64,000 bases of DNA, from NCBI GenBank assembly GCA_964188305.1, contig OZ076885.1. One strand, written 5' to 3'. This DNA is from Podarcis bocagei. Its lineage: Eukaryota. A program made the position numbers and the translations under genes. Positions 51,820 to 64,000 of this stretch are shown one piece after another (positions within the stretch are counted from its first letter, which is position 1; the number at the start of each line of letters is the position of its first letter). The notes beneath the pieces were generated by a model. That model worked only from the letters and a program-made list of their open reading frames with translations, was not told the DNA's origin and did no database searches.

Positions 51820-53509
51820 CCAAAGCTCACAACTGTACGTGGGGCTTCAATATGGTACAGGCTCATTGAAGACAGTGACAATATTGATCCTGCCAAGAGA
51901 GCCAATCCTGGCTTATGTTGCTACAGAAATTGCCTGAGATTCAGCCAATCAGTTCAGGATAGGGGGTCCATATGCCTTTTTTTACAGTCCTCCATTTGAA
52001 AGCCTGTCAGAAGAGAGTCCCCAACTTGGTGGCCTTCAGATATTTTGGACTACAGGAATGGTCCATGGTCAAGGGTGGAGGGAGTTGCAGTCATACAACA
52101 TCTGAAGGGCACCAGGTAGGAGAAAGACAGTCCTCTGTTTGGCTGAGTCCTCTACATGAAGTGCTGTCTGATTTAAAAGAACCATAAGAAGGGAAAGTGG
52201 GGGGTGCGGGAGGCTTGAGGTGGCCCCTCGGCAGTTAAAGCCCCTGGACACCAGAAACGCATCTCACCTGGTCACAATCTTCCCCACAATGGTGAGATGG
52301 ACTTTATTTCTCTTTAGATTATACCAGTTGTGTCTAAACTTGCACCCCTACAGATGAATTAACATATGCAAATATTAGGCAGATTTGCATCCTCTCTTTT
52401 TTTAGTGATGAATAAGTGACTCCCCTAGTCCAGGAAGTGGGTGCGATAGAAAAAAAAGCACATCAACCTCAACTCTGCTCTATCCGTGGGCTGGGTGCAA
52501 CACAATTTGCCACCCACACAACTTCCTGCCCCTTTGATGAAAATGTCACTGAGGTGAGTGCACACGGAGCTCAGGTAACCTCAAAAACCAGTGCTGAGGT
52601 AAGCTCTGCTCCCTGGGAGGAATCCCAGCAGGTGGGGGCTGGCCTGGGCCATTTTTGCACAACTTGGAGACTATTGTAAGTTGACCGCCCCACCCTGTCT
52701 CTGCCCTATATGCAAGCAGGCTAATGGGAACTGAATACAAGACCATCCAGACTCCAAAACAAAAGGTGCACAATTATGTCTTAGGGTGGTGTCTACTCTG
52801 AACCGTATGTGTTCCATCATCTCCCAGATCCAAGAAGTGGGGTGAAAGATGTGCTGATCAGAATCTGTACATCCTCATGTCCTTATCTTTGTGAAGAAGC
52901 CAATCCACTCTGAATATCATTCCTGCAGTTCTTGATAGATTAGCCCTTCGGGATATCATGCTTGCTCTTCATATGTAAGTTAAGGCGTCTGACATTTGCA
53001 AGCAGAGCTAACATGCCGCTATGAGATGTAGTGTGTCTGGTTAATAAGGCTGTGCTTTTTGTGAACCTGATGCCACGGGCAGATGCAAGGATGTATGTAC
53101 AGAAACCCTATTCCTAATACTATGCCCATCAAACGATAAATCAAATTGCTTACTTCCTAATTACCTGGCCCTTCTCTAAGCAATCCATTGCTTATTCTTC
53201 TTCCTCGATGTACCTGTTCTTGCCAACTTGGCAATTAGACTACCCAATGCTCTGCCCATCAATATCTGATTCAGCTGCATCAAATGCTAGATAAGACTTG
53301 GAGTAAAAGAAAGATTCAAAAGCACTTGCTTTGGATCAGGGCCGTGTTTTGTAACCAGCAAGGAATAGACCTGGCTAACTTATAGCCTAGGGAATAGAGA
53401 GGCTGGAAAGTGGAGAGGCATAGCTCTCTCAAGAGGGGTCTCTCAATGCAAACTGTCAAAAGGTGAGTTACCTTTCTGGTTATCCCCCATCGAAGCAATC
53501 ACAATTAAG

Positions 53510-54600
53510 AGAGTTAATATGGATAGACAATGGGCGACCTACAGGGAATTGCTGGACTTTGCAGGGGGCAAACCCAGACTAAAACCTATGGAGAACTTAA
53601 GAAGCCATGTTATAGATTGGTTACAATACCACCAGATATATGATAGGTTTAAAGTAGACAAAAAAGGGGGGAGGGGTTGGACCAAAGCTCACAATTTGAA
53701 AAAGAACTGTTACAAAATAAGGATAAACATCTGTCTAAAATGTATATCTTCTTATTAGAATGGGAAACAAAATACAAGCTAGTTAAAGCATCCATGACAC
53801 ACTGGGCAATAGATATAGGACACAATATAGACCTAAACCTCTGGGAAAAACTTTGGAAAAGTGATCTGAAATTTACTGCGCGTTATTTGCTGAAAGAGAA
53901 TTATTTGAAAATGATTCATAAATGGTATTTAAAACCAAGTAGGTTGGCAAAGGTGTATAGAGCAGAATTAGAAACATACTGGAAATGTAAAGAAATGGGA
54001 GGAACTTTTTTTTTTGTGGTGGACATGCAGATAGGTGAAAGAATATTGGGAAATGATATATAATGAGCTGAAAAAATGTTTAAATTTACCTTCCCCCCAA
54101 AAACCAGAGTCCTTTTCATTGGGAATAACCTATACAGAAATTCCTAAGTGCCAGAAAAGTTTGTTCATGTATACAACAACAGTGGCCTGTGTTTTGTTGG
54201 CCCCAAAATGGAAAGTGAGTGAGGTGCCTTTTAAAGAGGATTGTCAACTTAAGATGTTAGAATATGCAAAACTTGCAGGTTTAACCCACAGAATAAGACA
54301 GCAAGAAGAACGTATATTTAAAGAAGAGTGGAAAATATTTATTGAATATATGGAAAATGATTGTACATAACTGAAAACGCTGGAATCATTAAAATAAATT
54401 CAACAGAGTAAATAATATTTGATTGATGTAAAAGTGGAAAATTGATTTGAACAGTTACAGTACAATATGTGGGAAACTATGATATGCAATATGAACCATG
54501 GAAGGAGAAGAAGGGAAGTCATTGGATATTTCAAAGTTTGTAAAATGTTTAATAGTTATATAGAAAAATGAAAATTCAATTAAAAAATATCTTAAAAAAA
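53510..54600 (+). mobile_element. L1-clade LINE 3' fragment (decayed ORF2 C-terminus), antisense in CD6 intron 2
   Basis: Frameshifted LSKMY..WAIDIG..LWEKLW..KMIHKWYLKPSRL..WKCKEMGGTF..YWEMI..LLAPKWK; A-rich end near 54580-54600. Confidence 0.85.
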
Positions 54601-54817
54601 CACTATCAAAGTGAGTTGAAGGAGGAGGTGATTGACGGTTGATCCTGATGTGTTCACCATGTCATCACCCACACCCAATTGGATCTGCCCAGCACCTGAC
54701 GCTCAGCTGGTACTGAATAAATATACAGTATTAGTAGTAAAAATGGCCTTACGAACCAGCCACGCGGAAACACACCACAGATAGAAAAGGGCTTAGCCTA
54801 CCCTTTCGTATTCTTAC

Positions 54818-54886
54818 CTGGCTCTGCAGTTGGGCTGCCTTCAGTGCTGTTTCCAATGGCAGGAGACGTGGTTGGCTTTGCCTGGA
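54818..54886 (-). CDS. CD6: CD6 exon 2 (end of leader and N-terminal spacer, VQAKPTTSPAIGNSTEGSPTAEP)
   Basis: Acceptor tgtttttgtttcag|, donor CAG|gtaaga, 69 nt, phase 1-1, N-glycosylation sequon NST; resembles the human CD6 N-terminal spacer ending in EPG. Confidence 0.8.
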
Positions 54887-55632
54887 CTGAAACAAAAACA
54901 GACAAGATTTGGAAGTGAATAATCACAGGTGTCTGATTCCAAGACTCCAGCGCAAAAAGTGCACATCATCAGGGTGGGGTGGAGGGAAGAACCAGGGAGC
55001 AATGCCCTAGGTGATATGAAGTGTCTCTGCTGAATATAATTAAGTGCTAGTTAGAATTCGTATGATTGGTAAATACTTCTTGAGAGATCAAACTGTGCAG
55101 CTGGAATATTTTTGGAGGCTCTTTTCTAGCTGGAGAGCTAGTTTTAGGGCAAGCTATCCATTTCAATGTCACTCAGTTCCTCAATTTTCAATTCTTAAGT
55201 TCAGTTCATCCACATCAGTATGTGAATTATCCCCACCCCTCTCCAGGCCTCATGAAAATTTGTCAGCACTTTTGTGTTCATTTCTGCTAACACAGACACT
55301 TCTGTGTGTAATTTTGCCTAATATACATGTTGTTGCAAGCACTTACCCCCTAACATAATGCATTTTTGTATATTATTTACACTGATATATGCATTTCGCC
55401 TTATAAAGGCATTTTCGTACACCTTTCTCAGTTGAAGAACCGCATCGCAAATTTTTCAGAAGTGTGAATTTCAAAGGATGGCTGCGTTTCAGTTTGAACC
55501 AACTTTCTGCCCCATTTCTATTCCCTCAGCTGATACTGATTAAATGTACAGTAGTTGTAAAAATGGCCTTATGAAACAGCCCTGGAAAAACTACCAAAGA
55601 TATAAAAGGGTTTAGCTGTTCAGTACGTAATA

Positions 55633-55860
55633 CAGTGGTACCTCGGTTTACAAACTTAATCCGTTCTGGAAGTCCGTTCTTAAACCGAAACCGTTCTTAA
55701 ACTGAGGTGCGCTTTCCCTAATGAGTCCTCCCTTCTACAGTTCGGCTTCCGTTCTTAGACCGAGGTAAAGTTCGCAAACCGGGACACTACTTCTGGTTTT
55801 GTGGAGTTCGTAAACCGAATAGTTCGTAAACAGGACTGTTCTTAAACCAAGGTACCACTG
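55633..55860. mobile_element. Tigger-like MITE
   Basis: TA|cagtggtacctcgg ... aaggtaccactg|TA. Confidence 0.9.
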
Positions 55861-57056
55861 TATCTCTTTTCATAAATATAAAAAGTTCAGTATCTTCTTG
55901 CATTCAACAAGCATATAAAACCCACAGGGATAAAATACAATGCTACCAAAATGCAGTTCCTTGTGGAAACTGCACATAAACTGTTGGTTCCAAAAATCAA
56001 TCTTAAAAGTAGAGATTGCAGCAGGAGGGATGACTCTTAGATGCGTATATTATTAACACAGAGTTAAAATACAGTCTCAGTGGAATCTGATTTTTGATAC
56101 ATTTTTCTTTTCATTTTTTCCTGGAAATTTATTTTTTAAAGTATGTTAAGTGATCATATTTGCATTGATAAATGAAAATTTCAATTTAAATGAAACTGCC
56201 TTATAAATATAAACTTATTCTTCACTATTCAAATCCTTGATATTTATTCCAGTGGATTTGAAGCCAGCATACTGTTCTTTTATTTTGTCTGTTGCTGAAA
56301 ATCAGAAAATATTTTGTAAAACAATATTTACAGTTTACACCAGCCCTGAATTACATGAAACGTGAAATAACAACATTAAGCAAATCGGCATTGCGAAACT
56401 CAAGTGCAAACAGCATATCAAGACCATCGGTGAAATTATCATATCTGTATCAAATGCAGCTTTTAGAGCCAGTCTTCAATTTCATGCACTACCACCACAA
56501 AATTGAGTTTCACAATTTGGGGAATATTTAAAATGTTATAGAACATCTATTAATATTTACAACTCAGTTACCCAAGATGCCTTTTCCTTTTGTGACATTT
56601 CGGCCATTGTCAACGAGAATGCTACAAAAATGGCACCACATCTGTTTAAACCTCTGATTTGATGAATGATTTCTATATTCTTCATGAAATGTAGATGGAT
56701 GGTATCATAGGCTGCTTCTCGACAGGCAATTCTCAACACTCTGTGTTCATTGCTCTTTGTCTACATGCAGAATTGCAGCAGTGTTTCTACACTTGCAAAG
56801 TTTTGTGTTTTGTGCGTGTTGAACTTCATGCGATGTCCTTCCACGTGTTCGCAAGCTTCCTTCCCACAATTGCTGAGGAATCAAGGACCGATCATAAAAA
56901 TATTACTATGTTGTCTGGACACCCTGTAAAAACTGTGAATTAATGACGCATGACAATTCCAAAACAAATACCTTGTCTCGGAGCAACTATAGTCAGCTTT
57001 CTGTTGTCCAAACAGATGCCCTTGGAATGCAGGGTGAGATTTATTGGCTGGCTGGT

Positions 57057-57153
57057 TGTGTGTGTGTGTGTGCATGTGTGCACGTGCACACGCACACACA
57101 TGTGCGCAGAGAGGGGTCTGGATGTAAGATTTAGCCATTTATTTAAAAATTAA

Positions 57154-57197
<44 letters not shown>

Positions 57198-57213
57198 ACA
57201 CACACACACACAC
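57057..57213. repeat. (TG)n / (CA)n microsatellites, self-complementary
   Basis: Seen directly. Confidence 0.9.
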
Positions 57214-57461
57214 ATGTATGCTCGGCCTTTTCTTCCCCAGCCACAGAACTATGTCACATCCACTAATGTGGATGGAACATTAGATGATGTTCACATGCAA
57301 AACTGTGACACTCCTAGCAGATAGGGAAGTCTGTTGCAATTCTGCACAGAGCTTACAATGGAAGAGTAATGAATGGATAGTGTTAGGAACTACCCACCTG
57401 GAAGGAACCTACATCATGTGGACCACCCCACCACTGCTGTAAAATATGAGTGAACAAGGTA

Positions 57462-57690
57462 CAGTGGTACCTCTGGTTAAGAACTTAATTTGTTCTGGAG
57501 GTCTGTTCTTAACCTGAAACTGTTCTTAACCCGAGGAACCACTTTAGCTAATGGGGCCTCCTCCCGTTGCTGCTGCACCGCCACCACACAATTTCTGTTC
57601 TCATCCTGAAGCAAAGTTCTTAACCCGAGGTACTATTTCTGGGTTAGCGGAGTCTGTAACCTGAAGTGTCTGTAACCCGAGGTACCACTG
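57462..57690. mobile_element. Tigger/pogo-like MITE (inverted relative to 5683 copy)
   Basis: TA-flanked cagtggtacctc TIRs. Confidence 0.9.
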
Positions 57691-58885
57691 TATAGCAAAT
57701 CCACAATGAACACCTCATCTGGAAGCAGTAATAGACAGCATCGCTTTTCTGCATAAACAAGCGACAAGAGTGGGGGTTGGGTTATGTATTAAGTTAAGCT
57801 AAGTCAGGAGTTTAACACTCCTGTTTTCAAGATGTTCTGGGGCAAATGCCCTTCTCTTCCCAGTCAAAGCGCAGAGAACCCAAAAGGTGCAGCAGATCAA
57901 TGAGAATTGACTTATTTTATTTGGTGTTTGGGTCCACCAGAATTAGAATGGCTAAGTTGTGCTCAAGGGAGAAGCAAACAGAAGTTGGTGTGTGACAGTA
58001 TACACTACCCACACAAACGGCATCATATACTTGGCAAACCCACTCCCAAAATGTACAAATCAGCTCTAATACACAAGCAGTACCTGCAGATATATAACAG
58101 GTAATTTTTTACTTATGAGATTTTCTGCAGGGAGGCGAAATCCAGATCATTTTTTTAAATAAAAAGAAGTTTGGTTAGCACTTTGATAATGACATTGTAT
58201 GGATGCTGAAAAAACTTGTGGGCGTGAGTACTACCAATTTCGCAACCAACTCCCATCTGAAAACATCCTAATTTTCAAATACAAACTCACAGATGAAACT
58301 GCAAGGAGAAATGCAGGCTAAACAGCAAGATCCTCCTTGTGACAATGTCTTTTACTTTAAACTTATACTAATGAAGCATGCTAGGAGCCAGCTGTAGACC
58401 AAATTTCACAAGGACAGGTCATTTGATTCTAAGCTTATAGCAAGTTTTACCCCCTATTTGTGTGAATAACAAATCCAACTATTCAGGTGCCACCACTCTT
58501 GCATAGTAATCAAACCACTCTAGGTCGCAATGGGAATTAATTTTCTATGTGGTTAACTGTTGAACTCATAGCCCCCCCACCCCATGACCTGAAGAGTGTT
58601 TAAAATGACTGACATGAACTGAGTGACATTCTTAGAGAATATTAATATATGTATGGATCGGCTGATGGTGGATTTGGCTTCACTGCTGCATAGACAGAAT
58701 AAGAAATAAGAACAATACTTTTTTCAGAACACAGGTCAGTTTTATGAATTTATAATGTACCGTAACCTGTTTGAATCAGTAGCTCCTGTTGCAAACAAGG
58801 AGCTCAATCCACCAACCATTGCTGATTACACAGATCTTTGTGTGAATCATCCCACACGTCTTTCTGTCCATGCAAACTCCACTAA

Positions 58886-58939
<54 letters not shown>

Positions 58940-59392
58940 TTATATCCCGCCCTCCCCAGCCGAAGCCAGGCTCAGAGCCGCTAACAACAATAAAAGTGAC
59001 AGTTTACATAAAATCACAATCAATTAATTGAAATGCATTCTAAAATCAATTCATTCTAAAATCAATTCAAAATCAAATTAATGACAACCATTGGGCTAGA
59101 GATCTGTGAGGATTACCGAAGGAGGGGGTCAGACTGTGCCTTGGCCAAAGGCCTGGTGGAACAGCTCTGTTTTGCAGGCCCTGCGGAAAGATGTCAAGTC
59201 CCGCAGGGCCCTAGTCTCTTTTGACAGAGCGTTCCACCAGATCGGGGCCACATCCGAAAAAGCCCTGGCTCTGGTTGAGGCCAGCCTAACCTCCCTGTGG
59301 CCTGGATCTCCAAGATGTTTTTATTTGAAGACCGTAGGGTCCTCCGTGGGACATACCAGGAGAGGCGGTCCAGTAGGTACGAGGGTCCTAGG
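58886..59392 (-). mobile_element. L2 LINE 3' end with (TAA)n tail
   Basis: (TAA)~17 then tttatatcccgccctcc; minus-strand peptide LGPSYLLDRLSWYVPRRTLRSS typical of the L2 ORF2 C-terminus. Confidence 0.85.
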
Positions 59393-60152
59393 CTAAACTC
59401 AAACCGTACAGCAGCAATGCCAATCACCTAGATTCAAGGAGGCCAATCCACATAATGGATGCTTCTACACACAAGTATCAGCTCCATCCTGGTGGTCCAA
59501 AATACCACTGTAGGAAGGACCTGCATCCTGCATCCCGTATCCCAGATTGCAGGACAAGTGCTTCTGCTCCATATGCATCCTAAGCACTTTCAGCTCAAAT
59601 GTCTCTGATCACATAAGGACCACTGATATGAATGACATGGTCGCTCCTCTAGTAGAGTCTGGGCAGTTCATCACTGACGCCATGCTATGCCCAACAGGAA
59701 GCAATCAGAGGCACAAGTTGCAAGGAGGCAGTGTCTATTTAAAATTGCAGGGGGCTTTGATGACCAAGGCTTGCATCTGAGGAGGGAAATGGGCAAATAT
59801 GTCAATTTCAGTTTCTCATTTTTCTAATCTAAGGCTCACTTCTCCACATTTCTACAGGAGCTTGTGATTTTTTTAATTAAAAAGTCTTTATGAAAATTCA
59901 TCAGCATTTGAGTATGGTTTATTGTGAAATGCAACCTCGACTGTCTTTTCTGATATGCTGTTATTATTAGTCCATGAAATCGGGGATACAGCTCTTAGAA
60001 TTGTAGCCTTGGAAAGCACCCCAAAGATCATGTGGTCCAACCCCTACAATGTAGGAATATGCAGCTGCCCCATACGGGGATTGAACTTGCAACCTTGGCA
60101 TTATCAGCACCATGCCCTAACCGATGGAGCTAGGTAGATCAATATTTTTATA

Positions 60153-60378
60153 CAGTGGTACCTCGGGTTAAGTACTTAATTCGTTCCGGAGGTCTGTTCT
60201 TAACCTGAAACTGTTCTTAACCTGAAGCACCACTTTAGCTAATGGGGCCTCCTGCTGCCGCTGCGCCACCGGAGCACGATTTCTGTTCTCATCCTGAAGC
60301 AAAGTTCTTAACCTGAGGTACTATTTCTGGGTTAGCAGAGTCTGTAACCTGAAGCGTATGTAACCCGAGGTACCACTG
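60153..60378. mobile_element. Tigger/pogo-like MITE
   Basis: TA-flanked cagtggtacctcgggtta TIRs, near-perfect. Confidence 0.9.
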
Positions 60379-60573
60379 TACAATGCTTTCTGGGGTAGAA
60401 AATGAGGTGCCGATACCCAAATATTCAGGAAAGCGCCATGGACGCCAGAACAAAATAGCTGTCATGGTCACCAAAATTCCCCGTTTTTAAATATATCTGC
60501 TGTAAGAAGCAGTGAATTGGACTTGTTTTTCTCGTGATATTGATTTTTTTTTATTGTTTCTTTATTATTTTTT

Positions 60574-60709
60574 CAGTGCTGTTTTTCTAGAGAACGAGGT
60601 GCCAGAACTCACCATGAACACCTCCCCCGTTCTCTTAGAATGGCAATGTCACCCACCTAAGATGTGCCATGACTGAGTTCCGGCAAGTTCTGGCTGAGAA
60701 AAAGCCCTG
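60574..60709. mobile_element. hAT-like MITE
   Basis: cagtgctgttttt ... aaaagccctg; near-TSD attttttt / atttttat; homologous to 6201-6339. Confidence 0.7.
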
Positions 60710-61794
60710 ATTTTTATCACTGCAAAATAAAATCCAATAATAATTTTTAAAAAATGATAGAAAGTCAGATACAAAGTCAATGGAGAAATAAAGCCCACCC
60801 TACTGTTTGTTCTGGCTCTCTGCTCAGCAGGTGTGTTAGCAGGGGATGTGGGTTTCCTGGGAAATCACTTAATTGGGCATGTTCAGTATCAAGAACGTTT
60901 TACAAAATCATCATTAAAAATGAGTCGGAAATGCACAAATGGTGAAAAAATCAGCGGGACTGATCTGCTGCAGACATATACCACTGAAGAGATGCTGTAC
61001 CCCTTTTGTCACATCACCAACTATCACTATTCCCCTGTCAATTGATTCAAAGCAAGTAGATTGGATAATTGAGCTTCAGATAATGAGAGATGTGCTATAT
61101 ATGCACCTTTGCTAGATATGTGCTATCAAACACTGAAGGAAACAACAGGATAGGAAGGAAGGAAACCTTTTATTATTCTCTCCTTATTTTACTTCTTCTT
61201 TTAAAAATAATACTAATCCCATTCTTCTAAAATGATTCATAGCAGCTTGCAACTAACTGACTACAAACAAGGAAACAATCAAAATCACACAACAAAACCA
61301 AAACTGCACATCTGCAGAAACAGAAAGATGCAAATCAGTATACTGTAATCAAAGCAGCAAAAAAAACACAAGAAAGCAGGAACAAATCGGTAAGTGTACA
61401 CACCATACAGCTAAAGCACATTGCTACATTGTACCACTCACAGTGCTACAATTCCCAGCACCCTTATCAAATTATAGTTCCCAGGACTCTTCGGAGGAAG
61501 TTACATGCTTTAAATGTTTGGTGTGTACGGAGGCAAAGGCAGGATTCACTGACCACAAAGCCTCCTTCAAGCACTAAGTTTTAACTTGGAGTCTGAAGAC
61601 TTTCTTGCCTGGGCCAGGGAGTGTCGTGGGGAGGGAGTGTCAGAAGGCTGGCACCACTACTCAAAAGTCCCTGCTCCTAGTGGGGACCCACTGAACTTGG
61701 TGGGAGCACATGGTGCAGCACCTCAGACGTTGAACCAATTGCACAAATGTGTTACTCTCTAATTTATATAGTAAGGAAACATTAATGAAATGTA

Positions 61795-61955
61795 GTGCGC
61801 TGCTCTGCTTCGCCAAAAGTGGCTTAGTCATGACCCGGAAGCTGTCTGCGGACAAACGCCGGCTCCCTCGGCCAATAAAGCGAGATGAGCGCCGCAACCC
61901 CAGAGTCGTTCACGACTGGACCTAATAGTCAGGGGTCCCTTTACCTTTACCTTTA
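61795..61955 (+). mobile_element. Sauria SINE 3' fragment
   Basis: ggctccctcggccaataaagcgagatgagcgccgcaaccccagagtcg..ggggtccctttacctttacc tail. Confidence 0.9.
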
Positions 61956-62576
61956 ACACGCACACAAAATGCAATCCGTGGAATTAATGAAAAATTGTCA
62001 GCTTTGTACAAATGTTGTATGATCGTTAGATTAAAGATCAGCTCCCAGTTGAACTCACGTACTGTTTGTAGGCTTTCCAGAGGAATTTGGAAAGCCTTAT
62101 TGAAAACAGGTGAAATTTACTAATCCAACAAGTCTCTTATGCAGATTTTGTCCCAGATTATTATAGACCAAGCTCTCAGTGAAATACTGACTCAAAAATA
62201 CTTTCAGAATTAACTTGGTATCTCTTGACTGATCACTTCCTTGCACCACTGTGGGGTAATGGTTTGAATGTCTGCCTAGGAGGCTAAGGTTCAAATTCCC
62301 ACTCAGCCGTGGAGTTTGCTGGGTGGCTTTCAGCCTGTCACTGTCTCTCAGCCTTCCTACCACAGCGCTGTTGTGAGGACAAAATGAGGAGAGGGAGAGC
62401 CACGTATGCCTCCTTGAGCTCCCTGCAGCAAAGGTGAAATGGAAACGCAACAAATAAATAATAAATCATATCAATGTGGACCAAAATAGTTTTCTGAGGG
62501 AGGAATTTCCTTCTGACAATCAATTTTGGGAGGGGGCGACCTCCGGCCTTCAGGATTTTTGCACCATTTCTTGTGT

Positions 62577-62718
62577 TAGAATCATAGAGTTGGAAGGGAC
62601 CATGAGGGTCATCTAGCCCAACCCCCCTGTAATGCAGAAATCTTTTGCCCAACATGGGGCTCAGACTCATGACCCTCAGTTCAAGAGTCTTTTGCTCTAC
62701 TGACTGAGCTATCCCAGG
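62577..62718 (-). mobile_element. tRNA-Lys-derived SINE with CR1-like tail
   Basis: Reverse-complement homologue of 14255-14383. Confidence 0.8.
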
Positions 62719-63077
62719 TTATTAGTGGGCACCTTTTCCCATTTACCAATAACTACTGGAGAGCACCACACTGACGGCCTGGGCAGCAGAAGATAATTAA
62801 ATACTGGAGTAAAATCAAGAATAGCTAAAGAAGATCAACATCTATTTTATTTGAGATGCATATAAAGCATTTGAATAGATTATAAAATGGTAATTCTGTC
62901 CGTATTTATTTGGACACTGAGTCTTAATGTTTGTGTCTAATGTGGCTTTCTCTTGAGCCAAGTGTGCTTAGGATTGCAGCCTAAGGTAAATTATCAGCAA
63001 GGGACTATACTAGGATCTGGTGTGCAGCCCAATCCTGTAAATTCTTATTGAGAACCTTCCCTCCCACTTTTTTCCAA

Positions 63078-63325
63078 AGAAGAAGAAGAAGAGTTTGGAT
63101 TTGATATCCCGCTTTATCACTCCCCTTCAGGAGTCTCAAAGCGGCTAACATTCTCCTTTCCCTTCCTCCCCCACAACAAACACTCTGTGAGGTGAGTGGG
63201 GCTGAGAGACTTCAGAGAAGTGTGACTGGCCCAAGGTCACCCAGCAGCTGCATGTGGAGGAGCGGAGACACGAACCCGGTTTCCCAGATTACGAGCCCAC
63301 CATTCTTAACCACTACACCACACTG
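63078..63325 (-). mobile_element. Near full-length squamate tRNA-derived SINE with (TTC)n tail
   Basis: Minus strand cagtgtggtgtagtggttaaga..ccgggttcg (A/B boxes)..gtgaccttgggccagtcac..gatatcaaatccaaactcttcttc. Confidence 0.88.
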
Positions 63326-64000
63326 TTCACATGTTCACATGACTGCTACTTAACAAACAGAGCAGATAGTGTTCTACTTTACAGAGAACACCAGTCTATT
63401 TCAACGTAACCACTATTTAAAGGGCTGTTGAGTCCAAGTCTGTTTTAAGAAAGGAGAGCGGGGTGGTGGTGGTACTTGCTCATCCCCAGTCAGCACCTGG
63501 GCAACAGACTGAGTAGGCACTCACAGGTCACTTGAACATAGATTTCCCCACTATGGTGAGGTGTATTGTTCTTCTATTTAAATTACTATAATTCTTTCTA
63601 AATTTGCATTGATGCACATAAATTAGCATATGCAAATTCTACACACATCTATGCCCTCTTACTTGGCAATGCATGTGCTTATTTGATTTGCAATTTTCAC
63701 TGATGTTCACTGAGCTAGAATTATTCAAATTGTTTTCGGTGACAAAGCAGTAAGCAAAATGGCCGAGGATGTTCCATTAACCTTCATGCTCCCATTAAAG
63801 TCAATGTCTATCACAATTAGACAGGAGCAGGGGATATAATAAAATGTAATCTCTTTATACGCTGATAATGCGGCTATTCCATCTCTGATCCTGTTGTATC
63901 TCTTCACAAAACCCTACAGATTATCCCTAGTTACAGCCTTCATCACCCAGGGCATAAAATCAATGAGCAGAAATAGAGATTATTGGGCATTAACTATATC

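Noticed and set aside
62645-62718. tRNA-Lys-like sequence
   Set aside because: Degenerate and fused to a CR1-type tail; it is a SINE head, not a tRNA gene.
54887-64000. Search for CD6 exon 1 (signal peptide)
   Set aside because: Donor-like sites (e.g. near 57395, 62055, 63520) lack an upstream ATG with a hydrophobic leader. Exon 1 is probably beyond the window.

Overview
Eukaryotic, intron-rich, repeat-dense vertebrate DNA. The repeat families (Sauria SINE, squamate tRNA-SINEs, CR1/L2/RTE/L1 fragments, TA-flanked and 8-bp-TSD MITEs) point to a squamate, probably a lacertid lizard. The window holds the tandem T-cell scavenger-receptor locus CD6 -> CD5, both on the minus strand. CD5: exons 1-4 (signal, short exon 2, SRCR domain 1, Pro/Thr hinge) at 15409->351; the rest lies beyond the left edge. 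CD6: ten phase-1 exons from exon 2 (54886) to the stop (37505); exon 1 was not found and is probably beyond the right edge. All exons were rebuilt by hand from GT-AG boundaries and join in frame. Main unusual points: (i) this CD6 seems to have only two SRCR domains (equivalents of mammalian d2 and d3, no d1 exon found); (ii) its cytoplasmic tail lacks the equivalent of the long mammalian 'exon 11' but keeps the key tyrosine motifs; (iii) a strong candidate 51-nt stop-containing cassette exon lies in CD5 intron 1; (iv) a Tc2-like element in CD5 intron 2 carries an 11-copy palindromic 99-bp minisatellite that produces the long spurious ORFs in the track. Nearly all other track ORFs are noise. 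Comparisons to human CD5/CD6 are from memory, not from an alignment run here.
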